Shown here: positions 1-12,700 of the stretch, one piece after another
How positions within the stretch are numbered: the stretch's first letter is position 1
Layout: every line of letters begins with the position of its first letter
From: Callorhinchus milii
Lineage: Eukaryota
Length of the DNA stretch: 64,000 nucleotides
Assembly: GCF_018977255.1 (NCBI RefSeq)
Contig: NW_024704742.1
Span: 92,692,001-92,756,000, forward strand
Direction of reading: 5' to 3'
Position numbers and translations under genes: made by a program
The notes under the pieces: model-generated
Database searches by the model: none
What the model was told of the DNA's origin: nothing
The model's input: the letters and a program-made list of their open reading frames with translations, nothing else

Positions 1-744
1 TTGCTGCCTAGGTTACATTATTCTAATTATAATGTGGTCGTCTAGGCTGATACTCCAATGCAATTTCTGGGGCCCTGCTGCATTCTCAGAGGTGCAGTCC
101 TTCAGATGAGACATTAATACTGAGGTTTTGTCTACCTGTTCAGGATGTTAAAGATCACATAGCACTATTCAATAAGGGAGTTTCTCCCGGTGTCCTGACC
201 AACAAACCCCAGAGCAAAGGTACATAACCAAAAGTGGTCATTCACTTCATGGCTGTTTGTGGGATATTGCTGTGCACAAACTGACTACCATATTCCTTCC
301 TATTAACATTCTTTTGACTTGGAAAAAAACTCATCAGTTACTCACTAATTCTGTTCCCTTCTGCTCGCACACCATTTACTTAGCAAGTCGTGGAAATCAA
401 TTGTCCTGGTTGTTCTTTCCAAGCCAGGTTGATAATGTGCTCTGTGATCTTACCACACACTGAAGATTTATAATTGTAAACTAGCTTAAGAATGTAGATT
501 GGATTATTTTGACACAGATGCTTACCTGTTTCCTTTTCACCCACAAAATATACAGTCAATTCACTTTACGGTATATTCTGTGAAACGCTTTGAGACGTCT
601 TGAGGATGTGATAAGGTGCTGTATCAAATGCAAGAATTATTTTTATCTGCTAATGTATCAGCCTGACTCTTGCCTCTTGAGTCGGAAGGTTGTGGGTCCA
701 AACCCCCTCCTGCATTTTGGGCTTGAACTGGTAGACTAGAATGA

Positions 745-1285
745 CTCCTCACTTCGTGATTGCACAAAGGACACACAATTTAGGGCTTTGTGGTTGACAT
801 CAATAGTCCCAGTGCTTTAAAATCAAATCGACATTAAACTCACAATTGCCTCTTGCTGAGGATATAAAATCAAGATATTCACATTTTCTGGGGGGCTGTT
901 CATATACCTGAAATTATATTTGGATCCTGATGGTGTTAGTCACAAAGTCACAGAGATCGTGACCTTATCGAGCCATTCGGCCATTTTCTGGAAGGAAAAT
1001 AATCTGATAATCTTGAGGTGAGTTCCCTCAAAATTACCATTTATTGTGCTACTGTGATCACATTCATCTTTCATTCTTATTCTCTGAGAGTAAGAATAAG
1101 AGATGAATGTGGTCGCACTAGCACAACATCTCCTATTAAAATGAGTTGGAAAAACACAAGCTAAGGACCAGATGAAACTCATGAATAACTCAACCGAGTG
1201 GGAAGCTGTAACTCTGGATAGAAATCAACATTGTCACTCTGTGACCCATTGATACATGACCAAACTGTGGCGTCTTCATTCAACC
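745..1285 (+). repeat. Unclassified ~500-bp dispersed element, copy 1
   Basis: Collinear reverse-complement similarity to 29795-30266 (e.g. ctcatgaataactcaac, gtgacccattgatacatgaccaaactgtggc). Confidence 0.8.
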
Positions 1286-2248
1286 TACTGTCCTGGAGAT
1301 TTCAATCCAGTATTGTAGTGAATCTGGGGTTTTGAGTATCAATTAATAACATGAATTTTCCAAAATATAGAGAAGCAATAAACAAGAAACTACTGTAACA
1401 CAAGCAGCAGTAAAAGTCAATGAAAGACCAAATCTGGTAGTACAGTAACTCAAAAGACTTCAGTACACAATGTTGAATATTAACAAGTTATTGCAGCTGA
1501 TATTGAGAAACATATCTGTAATTCACAATTGACAATCAGTCATAGAAAACGGCATTATTGGCAAATGATAATGTGATCTCACTTTGTACATTTTCATTCC
1601 AAAGTATATCTGTCAACCTGCTTATTTAGTAGAGCTCTCACTTCTGAGTCAGAAGGTTACGGGCTTCTACGGTGATACTGTGCTATAAACATACAATACC
1701 GTGCTATAAAAATGCAAGCTCTACCTTTATAAATATAAATGGGATTTTTTATAGTCTTTCTACCTTTCCTCTACCACCACCCCAATAAAACTGGCTATTC
1801 TCCAATATCTCACTGAGAAGGTAATTCATATGCATGAGCTCTGGACATTGAATGTTGGCAGAGCATTCAACCAAAGTTGACATCACAGCCAAACCCATTC
1901 TAACCACACCCACATCAGTGAATTGAACAGTAATTAATTTGGAATTTAAATCCTAAACTGAAGTTCATTTTCCCCTCCCTCACCCAAGGGTACAAAGTGT
2001 AGTGTGAAGTTGTATTTAATGTAAATGATGTGAGCTTATCAGCTTTTGATGACACGCACAACCACCCCAGGTTTTGTGCTATGAAAAGAAAAGGAAAAAC
2101 ATGAACACTTTAGGATTATCATTAGTGATCAGGGTGGAGTTGAATCTTTTTAATCGCTTGTCAAATACAATTCTTATCACCTTTTTAAGTGGAAACTTTG
2201 TTTTGCTGAACTCTATTTTCATAAACCACTTTCTCGAATACCCTACAT

Positions 2249-2590
2249 GGAGTCCTGTAGCTCAGTGGTTAGAGCACTCGCCTCACATGCGAGAGACTTG
2301 GGTTTGATTCCAGGCAGGGATCACTTTCTGGGAGTAATAATCCCTCTCCCGGTCCCCCCCCCCAAAAAAAATGATAATTTGGTCCACGACTGTTTGTGGG
2401 ACACTGCTGTGCCCACAGAACACACAGTCAATCCACTTTACAGTGTGTTCTGTAAAGCTCTTTGTGACGTCTCAGCGCCTTTCATTTCAGGAGGATATCT
2501 CAAAATGCTTCAATGTATATTCTGTGAAGTGCTTTGAGATGTCTCGAAGACGTGATAAGGCATTATATCAAATCAAGGATTTTTATTATG
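2249..2590 (+). mobile_element. Same tRNA-SINE family, diverged copy
   Basis: ggagtcctgtagctcagtggttagagcactcg head and tail. Confidence 0.8.
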
Positions 2591-3600
2591 TATACTCATC
2601 CAGATTCTGTTCTTTTCTTCTCTCTTAACCCCCACCCCCAACAGCAATACTGAACAGTCGTTGTATGGTTTCAAGCGCATGTGGTTTATGCAGTGTTATT
2701 TATAGTTTCCTGCCTGAACAATGTCACTAATTTAGGACATTGCAGAGCTGTGTCTTGGCAGCTCCAAACGGTCTGGTGTAAGTCATGTCGCTATTATTTT
2801 TTTCTTCTCTCCAGCTCCTGTGCTGTGGATTACATAGAGAGATATTAGCATCCAAAGTAGGGTTGATGTACAAAGTAGTGCTGGCAAAGAATATTCTGGA
2901 ATGAACAAGTAGATCCAGCATTAGTTGCCCAATAGCATTTACACAACTGTCTTAACCAGTGATTAGAACTCATATAGTCTAGGCTGACACACCGATGCAA
3001 TACTGGGGGTGTACTGCATTGTCAGATATGCCACCCTTCGGATGAGACATTAAACTGAGATAACATCTGCCTATTAAGGTGGACGTTAAAGATGTCTCCT
3101 GATGTCCTGGCCAACAATTTGTCTCCCTCTCCCCCACCCGACTCACAAAGCATGGTTCAGCTAACTGTGAGGGGCGTTATATAAATGCAAGTTGTTGTTG
3201 TGGAGTGGAGCTCCTTCAGAAGAGGCAAGCCACTGGGATAGCACAGAGGGAGCTCCACCAGTGTGATATTTCCATTCCACATTTCCTTTCTTGATTCCCT
3301 GCCTCTCTTAGTGATATTGTCACTTTGTTCTGAATCAGAGGCAGAAAGTTTGCAGAGATTCACCTGCCCCCTCCCCCTCAAAACATATTTCATTGTAGAC
3401 TCTATGTATCTCTGCCAGAGTTGGGAGGGTTTTCATTCCCATCAGTCAAGGCAAGATTTGAACCCAAGCTCCATAGCAGAGATAGTTGAATAATCTAATG
3501 CACCATCTTGGAGCCCAATAGATTCAACCCTGTTGCCAACTAGCCATTGTAAAGTTTCTTTAAACTTGACCTTATTTGATTTTGATTTATTTTTTCGCAG

Positions 3601-3746
3601 AAATATCAAGGGTGGTGTTTTCTAAAGCTGGAGTGTCAAATTATTCGACTCTGCTGCTGAGTGAGAAGCGAGGAATGCTGTACGTGGGAGCTCGCGAAGT
3701 CATCTTTGCTCTGAATTTGTCATATATTGCAGAAAAAATACATGAG
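3601..3746 (+). CDS. SEMA4D: SEMA4D exon (Sema domain start, [40 protein letters not shown]...IHE)
   Basis: ttttttcgcag acceptor, GAG|gtaaga donor; 146 bp. Confidence 0.93.
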
Positions 3747-6700
3747 GTAAGACCTCGCCACACAACCTAATAAAGCTTAGAAAGAAGTGCTGCAACATTG
3801 GGTCAATGCAGAAGTCCCAAAGATTGGCTTTGTCCTGTCTGATAGTTAGCTGGTCTCATTGCCTATAACATTTACAGTTATACATTTTTCATAAGAGTAT
3901 TTTGAATTCAGGATTTTGTGAGAGTCAGTAAAAAGCAATTATCCATCCTTCAAAGAGAAACCTGCTGCATGTTCATCGTATGATGATGAAGAATTTGTAG
4001 TAAACCTGTAAATTGTTGATTTTCACACATTCTACTGTTACAGAAGAAAACTCATTTACACTCATTTATTAGACTAACTTGGAATGCTGGAGTTCCACTG
4101 AGTGTTACCTATACTCCTTGGCTCCTGTCAAAAATCTTCTATCCTACAGCTTTGATCTCCTCAACCTCCCTGGCCTATCCCTCAGGCTCACCAAACCAGT
4201 GTGCAACCTCGGAGTCAGGTTCAACCCACAGCTGTCCTTCCTTCCCCACATCCGGTCCCTGACCAGGACCGCCCTCCTCACCTGCACTAACTCCGTACCC
4301 ATCATACCTGATCTAGCCAGGTTCCACTGGCTCCCTATCACTAAACAGATCGATTTCAAGATCGTCATATTCATCTTCAAATCCCTTCAAGCTGTAACAC
4401 CTCCCTACCTCTCTGACCTGCTTACTCTCCAACCCACTACCCGTTGCATCTGCTTGACTGACTCCGGCCTCCTTGTTTGTCCCTTGTGCCCTCTATTCCG
4501 TCATCGGTAGCTGCACTTTCAGATACTTTGCCCAGAAACTCTGGAAGACTCTTTCTCTATTCTTCCGCCTTGCCCCCTCCTTCCTCATCTTCAGGTCGCG
4601 CCTGAAGACATTCCTCTTCGAATGTGCCTATGGTCACCTCCCATCCCACCTCCTCCGCATTATGCTCCATCAATGTCAAGCGCTCTGGGCCGCTTCCCTG
4701 GTGAAGTCGTCTGTATAAATGCAAGTTGTTGTTATCGAGGCAAGGTGAACTGAAAATGATGAATTATGCACAAGCAGAATTGTTATATAATAAGGTTGAA
4801 AGCACTAATTGAATTAAAAACATTGATTTTTTTGTGTTTTTTGTTGTCTTTTTCAGGTGAATTGGACGGTCTCTGAACAAAAACAGATTCAGTGTAAAAA
4901 CAAGGGAAAGTCTAAAGAGGTACATTTTGAATTTACTAAATGTCTATAATTAACTAAAATATTTGTTATTACGTTTAACATGTTTCCAGAATTACCATAG
5001 TACGAAGATGTTAATCTGAGTGTATTTATAGGAATGGATTCATAGATTGACTATTTCCGCTGTTTGGTTATTTTGTGCCTTTGTTACAGACTGAATGCCT
5101 GAACTACATACGTATCTTGCATGAGTTTAATGATGAAAAGCTCTATGTATGTGGGACGTTTGCATTTCAACCAACTTGCGATTATCTTGTAAGTATTTGT
5201 AACTGGAGGTATATTTTCAATCTGCTTTCCTAAAATAGATTGGACTATTTACTTGCTCATTTGTTGTCCACTTTCAGACCATTAAAGATTTCCAACTGCA
5301 AGGCCAAAATAAAGAGATTAGAGGGCAGTGTCCATTTGACCCTGCTCAGAGATACACTTCAGTAATGGTTGGTAAGTATCTGATGGCAGCTTCCTTGTTC
5401 ATGTTGCTAGTCGCCACCTGTATGAAGGGTGCTATATAAATGGAAGTTGCTTGTGACTCAGTGATGAAGCAGAATAATACAGCATTCAAGGTTTATCAAA
5501 TATATCTCTTATTTTTTCTAAATTTAAAGTAATTCATTTTAATGGAGACTGGGTCGCCATATCAGCACAAGACTGAGCCCTGCCAATTTAAAGTATCCAC
5601 AAATAATACATTTCCAGACTTTTGGTTCATAAGTTTTTTTTTCGGTCAGCCAGATGTTTGACACATGTGGAAACCTATCACCATGTTTAAGAGGATCCAC
5701 ACCAACTGAGAGTTGCATGTATCCCTTACATGTAGAAATTCCCATGTCTGGAATGGAAAGCTCACTCTCTCCTTAGGGGGAGGGACAGGAACACATCCAA
5801 CAAATTTAGTTCCAGAGAGCATTAGCACAGGTTGGCAAGAGCTAAGGCTTGGGGAGCCCACAATATGTATTGAGGTGCGATGTGAGTTTAACCAGTAAAA
5901 TGGTCTGTAACAATACTTACTGTAATGGTGTACTGCTGGAGTTTAATCGGTTTCAGTGGCTTGCCAGTGAAACCACAGTATTTTTCCTCAGTGCTCTCCA
6001 TATTTGTACTGTTGTATGATTTTTGATGAATTAATTCTGAATTGCTCTTTTTTGATGATATTATTTTAGATGGTGAGCTGTACTCTGGAACAGTCAACAA
6101 CTTTTTAGGAAGTGAGCCAATTATTACACGGGGTCAGTTGCGGACCGAGTATTTATTACCCTGGTTAAATGGTGAGTGTGTTTGACACTAAACCCAAATA
6201 TGGATTCTGAATTAACCAAGCTGAAATAAGTAGCAGAACATTTTTGAAACTTAATGGGAAACAGAATGTAACATGATAAAAGACAACAGTGGGGCCCAAT
6301 TATAATGCACTTCTTTTATAGAGCCAACTTGGTTCTAACACAATTGCTGTGTGGACCCTTCCACTGGAAATGTGTGCATTTAGCCCACATTCTTTCCACT
6401 TGCCTGATGGCCTTCTCTCTAAAATGGCCAAGTTTTGGGTCATTGGGTGGATGAGGATGGACCACTCCCTCCACCGCCTATCCTCTCACCTCAACCTTCA
6501 AGGCTCTGTCCTTGAGTAGTTCAGGTCTTATCTCCAATTTGTCTCCGCCAACGGTTTCTCTTCCAGCCCCCGCACAGTCTCGTGCAGTGTTCCTTAGGGC
6601 TCTGTCCTCGGTCCCCTCCTCTTCAACCTCCTCATGCTCCCTCTTGGTGACATCATCCACACGTATGCGGATGACACCCAACTCCATCTTTCTGCCTCCA

Positions 6701-9700
6701 CCCTCGCTTCCAGGACCACTGACGTCCTGACAGACTGTCTGTCAGACATCAAGTCCTGGATGAGAGCCAATTTTTTACAGCTGAATGTCAGCAAGACTGA
6801 GGCTCTCCTGATTGGCTCTCGCCAGGGCCTCCGCATCTCAGGCACTGGCAGAATCAGCATCCATGGATGCATACTCCACCTCACCAAGCCAGTCAGGAAC
6901 CCAGGCGTCTATTCAACCCTCAATTGTCCTTTCTCCATATCGTGCCATGACCCGCTCTGCCTTCCCCCTAGTTTTTTGCCTGTGCCTTTGCTCAACATCC
7001 TTAAATTCCTTGCTCCATGTTGAAACCAACACTTTTGTGAAGAGTTTCAAGGTGTTCGTCTTATGTGAAAGTCACCATATAAGAGTCCTGTAGCTCAGTG
7101 GTTAGAGCACTCGCTTTGCAAGCGAGAGACCTGGGTTCAATTCCAGGCAGGGCGAAACCTTGGGCAAGTTTCCTTACTCCACACGCCTAATAATAATCCC
7201 TCCAAAAAACAAAACAATAATAAATTGGTCATTTTAAATCCACGACTGTTTGTGGGACATTGCTGTGCGCAATTGGCTGCCGCGTTCGCCCACAAATACA
7301 CAGTCAATTCACTTTACAGTGTGTTCTGTGAAGTGCTTTGGGATGTCCTCCCGACGTGAAAAGTGCTATATCAAATGCAAGGATTATTATAAGGGCAAGT
7401 TGCTGATAGTGTTAAAATACAGTAATAACAATACAGTCATAGGAGGCAGCTTCTGCTAACACTTCCAGTGAAGTTCATTCCTTGTAACAGAAGTGATCTT
7501 TTTTTCACTTCAGTCGTTTTCAACAGTTTTCTATGAAAATTCAAAATGAAAACAACGGTTTTCTCATTCACACACACACCAAAAAAGTTGTATAAAAAGC
7601 AATGTTCTTCTGGATTGTTAATTGCAAGAACAGAAGAATTTGCAAGTTTCCAGTCGTACTGTGGACTTTTTAATTTAAGTTCATTTGCTCAAGATGGTGA
7701 ATTCAGTATAATTTTCATTAAATAGATGTTGAAGCCTAATTCTGGTAGCAGTAACAAGTGAGAGGTGATCAGCAGACCAGTCATATGTAAGAGACGGACC
7801 ATGACCCGCTCTGTCTNCCCCCCACCTCCGCAACATTGCTTGACTCCACCACTGCCTCACTCCTCAGGCCGCCGAAACTTTTGTACGCACATTTGTCACT
7901 TCAAGGCTCGACTACGGAAACTCCCTCCTTGTCGGCTTCCCCAACTCTTCCCTCCACAAGCTGCAGATCATCCAGAACTCTGCAGCTCGTGTCCTCTCCC
8001 GTACCAGGCTCCGTGACCCCATCACCCCCACCCTCGCTCAACTCCACTGGCTCCCCATCCCTCAGGATAGAATTCAAAATCCTCGTTCTCACTTTCATGG
8101 TCCCCCACAGCCTTGCCCCCTCCTACATCTCTGAGATGCTGACCCCCATCAACCTGTCCGCTCCATCTGTCTGGTAGTATCTCACTCTACCATCGGGGAC
8201 CGGGCTTTCAGGCTCTTTGCCGCCACACTTTGGAACTCCATCCCACAATCCCTTCACTTTGCTCCCTCTCTTGCCTCCTTCAAGGTACGACTCAAGATTA
8301 TCCTTTTCGACTGTGCCTTCAGTTGCCCTCCTACCTCTCTTCCCTCCCTTATCCCAACCCTTCCCTCCCCCCCACACACTCGGGTCCTGATCCCTGACTG
8401 TTCAGCGCCTTGGGACACCCTCCCGACGTGAAAGGCACTTTGCAAATGTAATTTTATTGTTGGGTCGTCCTCAACAACACTTCCAGCATGTCATGAGCAG
8501 TGCACAGGAAATGACATCTCGGAGATCTGATGATTTGAAAGTTGGCTGTGCTAGCTTCCTCTGCTGAAGAAAAATGGCTGACTATCAGTTCATCAGGTCT
8601 GTTGGTTGACACTGCTGGCATCACTTCCTGCTTTGTGTATAATATAGCAAACAACAACAAAATTACATTTGTATAGTGCCTTTGTATTTGTATAGTGGTT
8701 AGAGCACTCGCCATGTACGCGAGAGACCTGAGTTCAATTCCAGGCAGGGCGAAACCTTGGGCAAGTTTCCTTACTCCACACGCCTAATAATAATCCCTAC
8801 AAAACCAAAAACAATAATAAATTGGTCATTTTCAATCCACGACTGTTTGTGGGACATTGCTGTGCGCAATTGGCTGCCGCGTTCGCCCACAAATATACAG
8901 TCAATTCACTTTACAGTGTGTTCTGTGAAGCGCTTTGGGACGTCCTCCCGACATGAAAAGCGCTATATCAATTGCAAGGATTATTATTACTATTATTATT
9001 ATTTCACGTCGGGAGAACGTCCCAAGGCGCTGGACAATCAGTGTTTCGGACCCGAGTTGGGGTCGGGACCGGGGAGGGTGGGGCCAGGGCTGGAAGGAGG
9101 GTGATCGAAGGCACGGTCAAAGACAAGGGTCTTGAGATGGGTCTTGAAGGAGACAAGGGAGGGGGCGAGGCGGAGGGACTGCGGTATGGAGTTCCAGAGG
9201 GTGGGGGCAGGGTGGCATTACTCGGTAGCACACCTTCTGTTAGAGCTTGGGATGCTTTAAATTGATTGTTTTTCAGTGGGACATGTTTAATGCGGGTTGG
9301 GTGTCATTCATGTACGTTTTATGACTCTTTTCCACAGAGCCAAGTTTTGTTTATTCGGATGTGATAAGAGAGAGTGAAAACAATCCAGATGGTGATGACG
9401 ACAAAATCTACTTTTTTTTCAATGAAGTGGCTGTTGAATATGAATTCAATGGCAAGCTCAAGATGCCAAGAATAGCTCGAGTGTGCAAGGTTAGATTAAG
9501 TTGATACTGTCATCTAATGCTAATTTTTCTTCTGAACATTGCTTAAAGCACAATTTTAGGTGTTAGCCTGGCTCAATTGGTAGTAGTTTTGCCTCCGGAG
9601 TCAGGAGGTTGTGCGTTCAAGCCCTATTTTGGAACTTTGAGCTCATGGTCTACACCAGTGATGGTCAACTTGTGGACCACATGCGGAAAGTGTTACACAT

Positions 9701-12700
9701 GCATAAAACAGTCACAAGTTGGCCATCCCTGGTCTACACTGACACTTGAATACAGTGCTGCAGGAGAGTTTCATTGTCAGAGATGCCACACTTTGAATGA
9801 TAGAGAAGGGAGTTGAGCGGTATGGAGGGAGGCTAGGGAGAGGGTATCGGAGGGGGGAGGTTCATGTGGCATATAAACACTGATACAAACTGATTGATGG
9901 GGCAGTATGGTCTATATCATTCTATGTATAAGATATTAAACAACTTTTTCCGGTGGATGTTAAAGATCCCATGGCACGACTTGAAAAGGGAATGGAGTTT
10001 CTCTGGAGTCCTGACACAAAATCCCCCAGACATAAAAATGATCATTTACTTCATGGTTGCTTGTGGGAAGTTGCTGTGCAAGTTGGCTGCCATGTTTGTA
10101 CAGTCGCTACACTTCATAGTAAAAAGCGCCCTGGGTTGCTACCCCACTTGAAGGGTGCTATATAAATACAAGTTGTTGTAAATTTTTTGAGCCCTTTGAG
10201 TTCCAGTGATGTGATAAGGCACTATATCAATTACAAGGATAATTATTATTTGGTCAAATATCTTGCCAATGAGTTAGACATTTTTATTAAGTAAGATTGT
10301 GAGTCAGAGGCTCACTGCTCTGTAAATGAGATTGTTTCGAAGGAAACCTCTAGTGGCAGAATGTCTGCTGCCAAATGGCTTCAAGCAAAGCAAGAACATG
10401 TGGAGATAGGTGAGGGGATAGTGAGCAAAGCAGTACTTTGTCTGCCCCCACAAGATCTATGGGGTAAAATTCCACCTGGTCGATTTACTCCCATCAGTAT
10501 AGCTTTTCAAAACTTCCAGAATGTGTCAAAATCTTAAATACAATCTTTTAATTTTGAAACTGGTTTTCTGTAAATTCTTTTCAGAAGCTACAGTATACAG
10601 GCTTTATAGTTGAGACTGAATTTAACAATTTTTTGCTGAATTCCGCACGCTCTGAAATGTTAGGTTAATCGAGTAAATCTAGACACAGGTGGAATTTCTA
10701 CACCTTCGTGCTCTGAGTTTCTGCATTGGGAAGACCAGGACAGTCAAAAACCCAGTGAAAAATAATGGGGAAAATGCCATTGCTTGCGTTTTCCCAGCAG
10801 AAGCTTATGTTTGATGGTGGTCCATCATTGATATACTGTGAAGTGGAGAGTGTGTGACTATGTATTTTGTGGGTGACGCGGCAGCCCAATATGGGCACAG
10901 CTATGTCAGATAAATAGCCATGAAGTGAAGGACCAATTTTATTTGGGGGTTTGTTGGGCAGGACACCGGGAGAAACTCCATTATCTTTTCGAATCGTGCC
11001 CTGGCATCTTTAACATCCACCTGAATGAGCAGACAGCCTTGGGATAACATCTCATCCAAAGGACGACACTTCCATCAATGCAGCACTGCCTGAGCACTGC
11101 AATGGAGTGTTAGCCAGTACAAGTTCACCTGCTCATTCTATCTCATGGCCCAATTTCATAAGGCAAGCAATGTTGTTGTCATGCACGTCTATTTTATTTG
11201 TGATGAAATTTATTGGGTATGAATTGGATGCCATCCAAGAATCTTCTAATGACTGTGTGTTTATGTTCTGTGTTGTTTAGGGTGACCAAGGAGGGTCCAG
11301 AACATTGCAGAAGAGATGGACATCGTTTCTTAAAGCTAAACTGATTTGCCATCTGCCTGAATCCAATTTTGTCTTCAACATCGTCCATGATGTTTTTATT
11401 CTGAAAACCCCCAACTGGAAGGAAACTATATTTTATGGTGTGTTCACCTCACAATGGTAAGTAATGTAACACTGCCTGTATTGTCTTTCCAAGCTTAAAT
11501 TACAAATAGATGATCCTATTTCCTTTTTATTTTTTTTGAGGGGTTAATTGAAAGCAGCATTATCCCTTTTGGTGCTATACACTGGCTCTTCTGTGTATTA
11601 GCAAACTATCCTTTGTTAATAGCTGGGCTTGTATGGCCCAGCAGTTGTTAATGCTGTGAATGGGGCTTAATCAAGTGGCAAAGGATTCTTTACTCTATCC
11701 CATCTTGAGAAGCAAAGCAGCTTGGATCAGCTTGCAAATAGCATCACTGTTTTTCTCTACCCTCCTCCACATTGAAGCTGATCCTGTGGGAAACTTTTTT
11801 TTCAACATTGTAATGATAATAATCCTTGCATTTGATGTGGCGCCTTATCATGTTGGAAGGACATCTCCAAGCACTTCACAGGAATTACTGTGAAATGGAG
11901 TGACTGTATTGTGTGGGCCGAACGGCAACACAGTTGCACGCAGCAATGTCCCCCACATTGCCATGAAATGAGTGACCAATTGATTTGATTATTTGGGGGA
12001 TTTTTGGTCAGGACACTGGGAGAACTCCCTTATGTTTTCGAACAGTGCCATGGGATCTTTACCGTCCACCTGAACAATCAGCTTAATTTCATGTTTCATT
12101 CGAAAGACGGCACCTCTGACAATGCAACCTCTCCCCCCGCACCCCCCCCCCCATGCTGACATTCGAATGTCATCTTCGACTATGTGGATTCAAGTCCCAA
12201 AGTGGGATTTGAACCCACAACCTTCTGACCCAGAGGTGAGAGTGCTACCATTGAGTTAATCTAAAGTTCTATACCCATTAAAGTTCCAATTGTTTTCCCT
12301 CTCACTTTGATGTAGTTGAAATATCTCAAGTGTTTTTTCTAAATTGCTTATCAGCAGCATTATTGTAGTAAATCCCATGCCCAGATAGATGCATCCCTTC
12401 TTGCTCATTAATGCACATCAGCAGTACAAAATGAACTTTTGACTTTTTGGTAATCAATCTTGTTGAGTTTTAGAAATTAATCTTAACACACTCGCCTCAG
12501 AGTTGCTGGGATGTGGGTTCAGACCCCATGTCGGGACCTGGAGCCCATATAGTCTAAACTGAAGCTCCACTACCACACAGTCCGTGTGCTGCTCTATTGG
12601 AGGTGCCGTCCTTCAGGTGCGATGTTACACGCCAAGGTCGCATCACAGTCCCCAAATAAAATTATTCACACACTCCATGACTGTTGTAGGATATTGCTGT

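Noticed and set aside
1..3600. SEMA4D signal-peptide exon
   Set aside because: No ATG-hydrophobic-P.PR..W exon with a phase-1 donor found; probably upstream of the window
7083..7155. Apparent tRNA-Ala(TGC) genes (also 22024, 34104, 42089 etc.)
   Set aside because: No proper acceptor-stem closure; each continues into a shared body and L2-type tail, so they are SINE heads
7240..7390. Recurring ~100-150-bp units as a CRISPR-like or tandem array
   Set aside because: Dispersed, both orientations, irregular spacing: SINE bodies and tails in a eukaryotic genome
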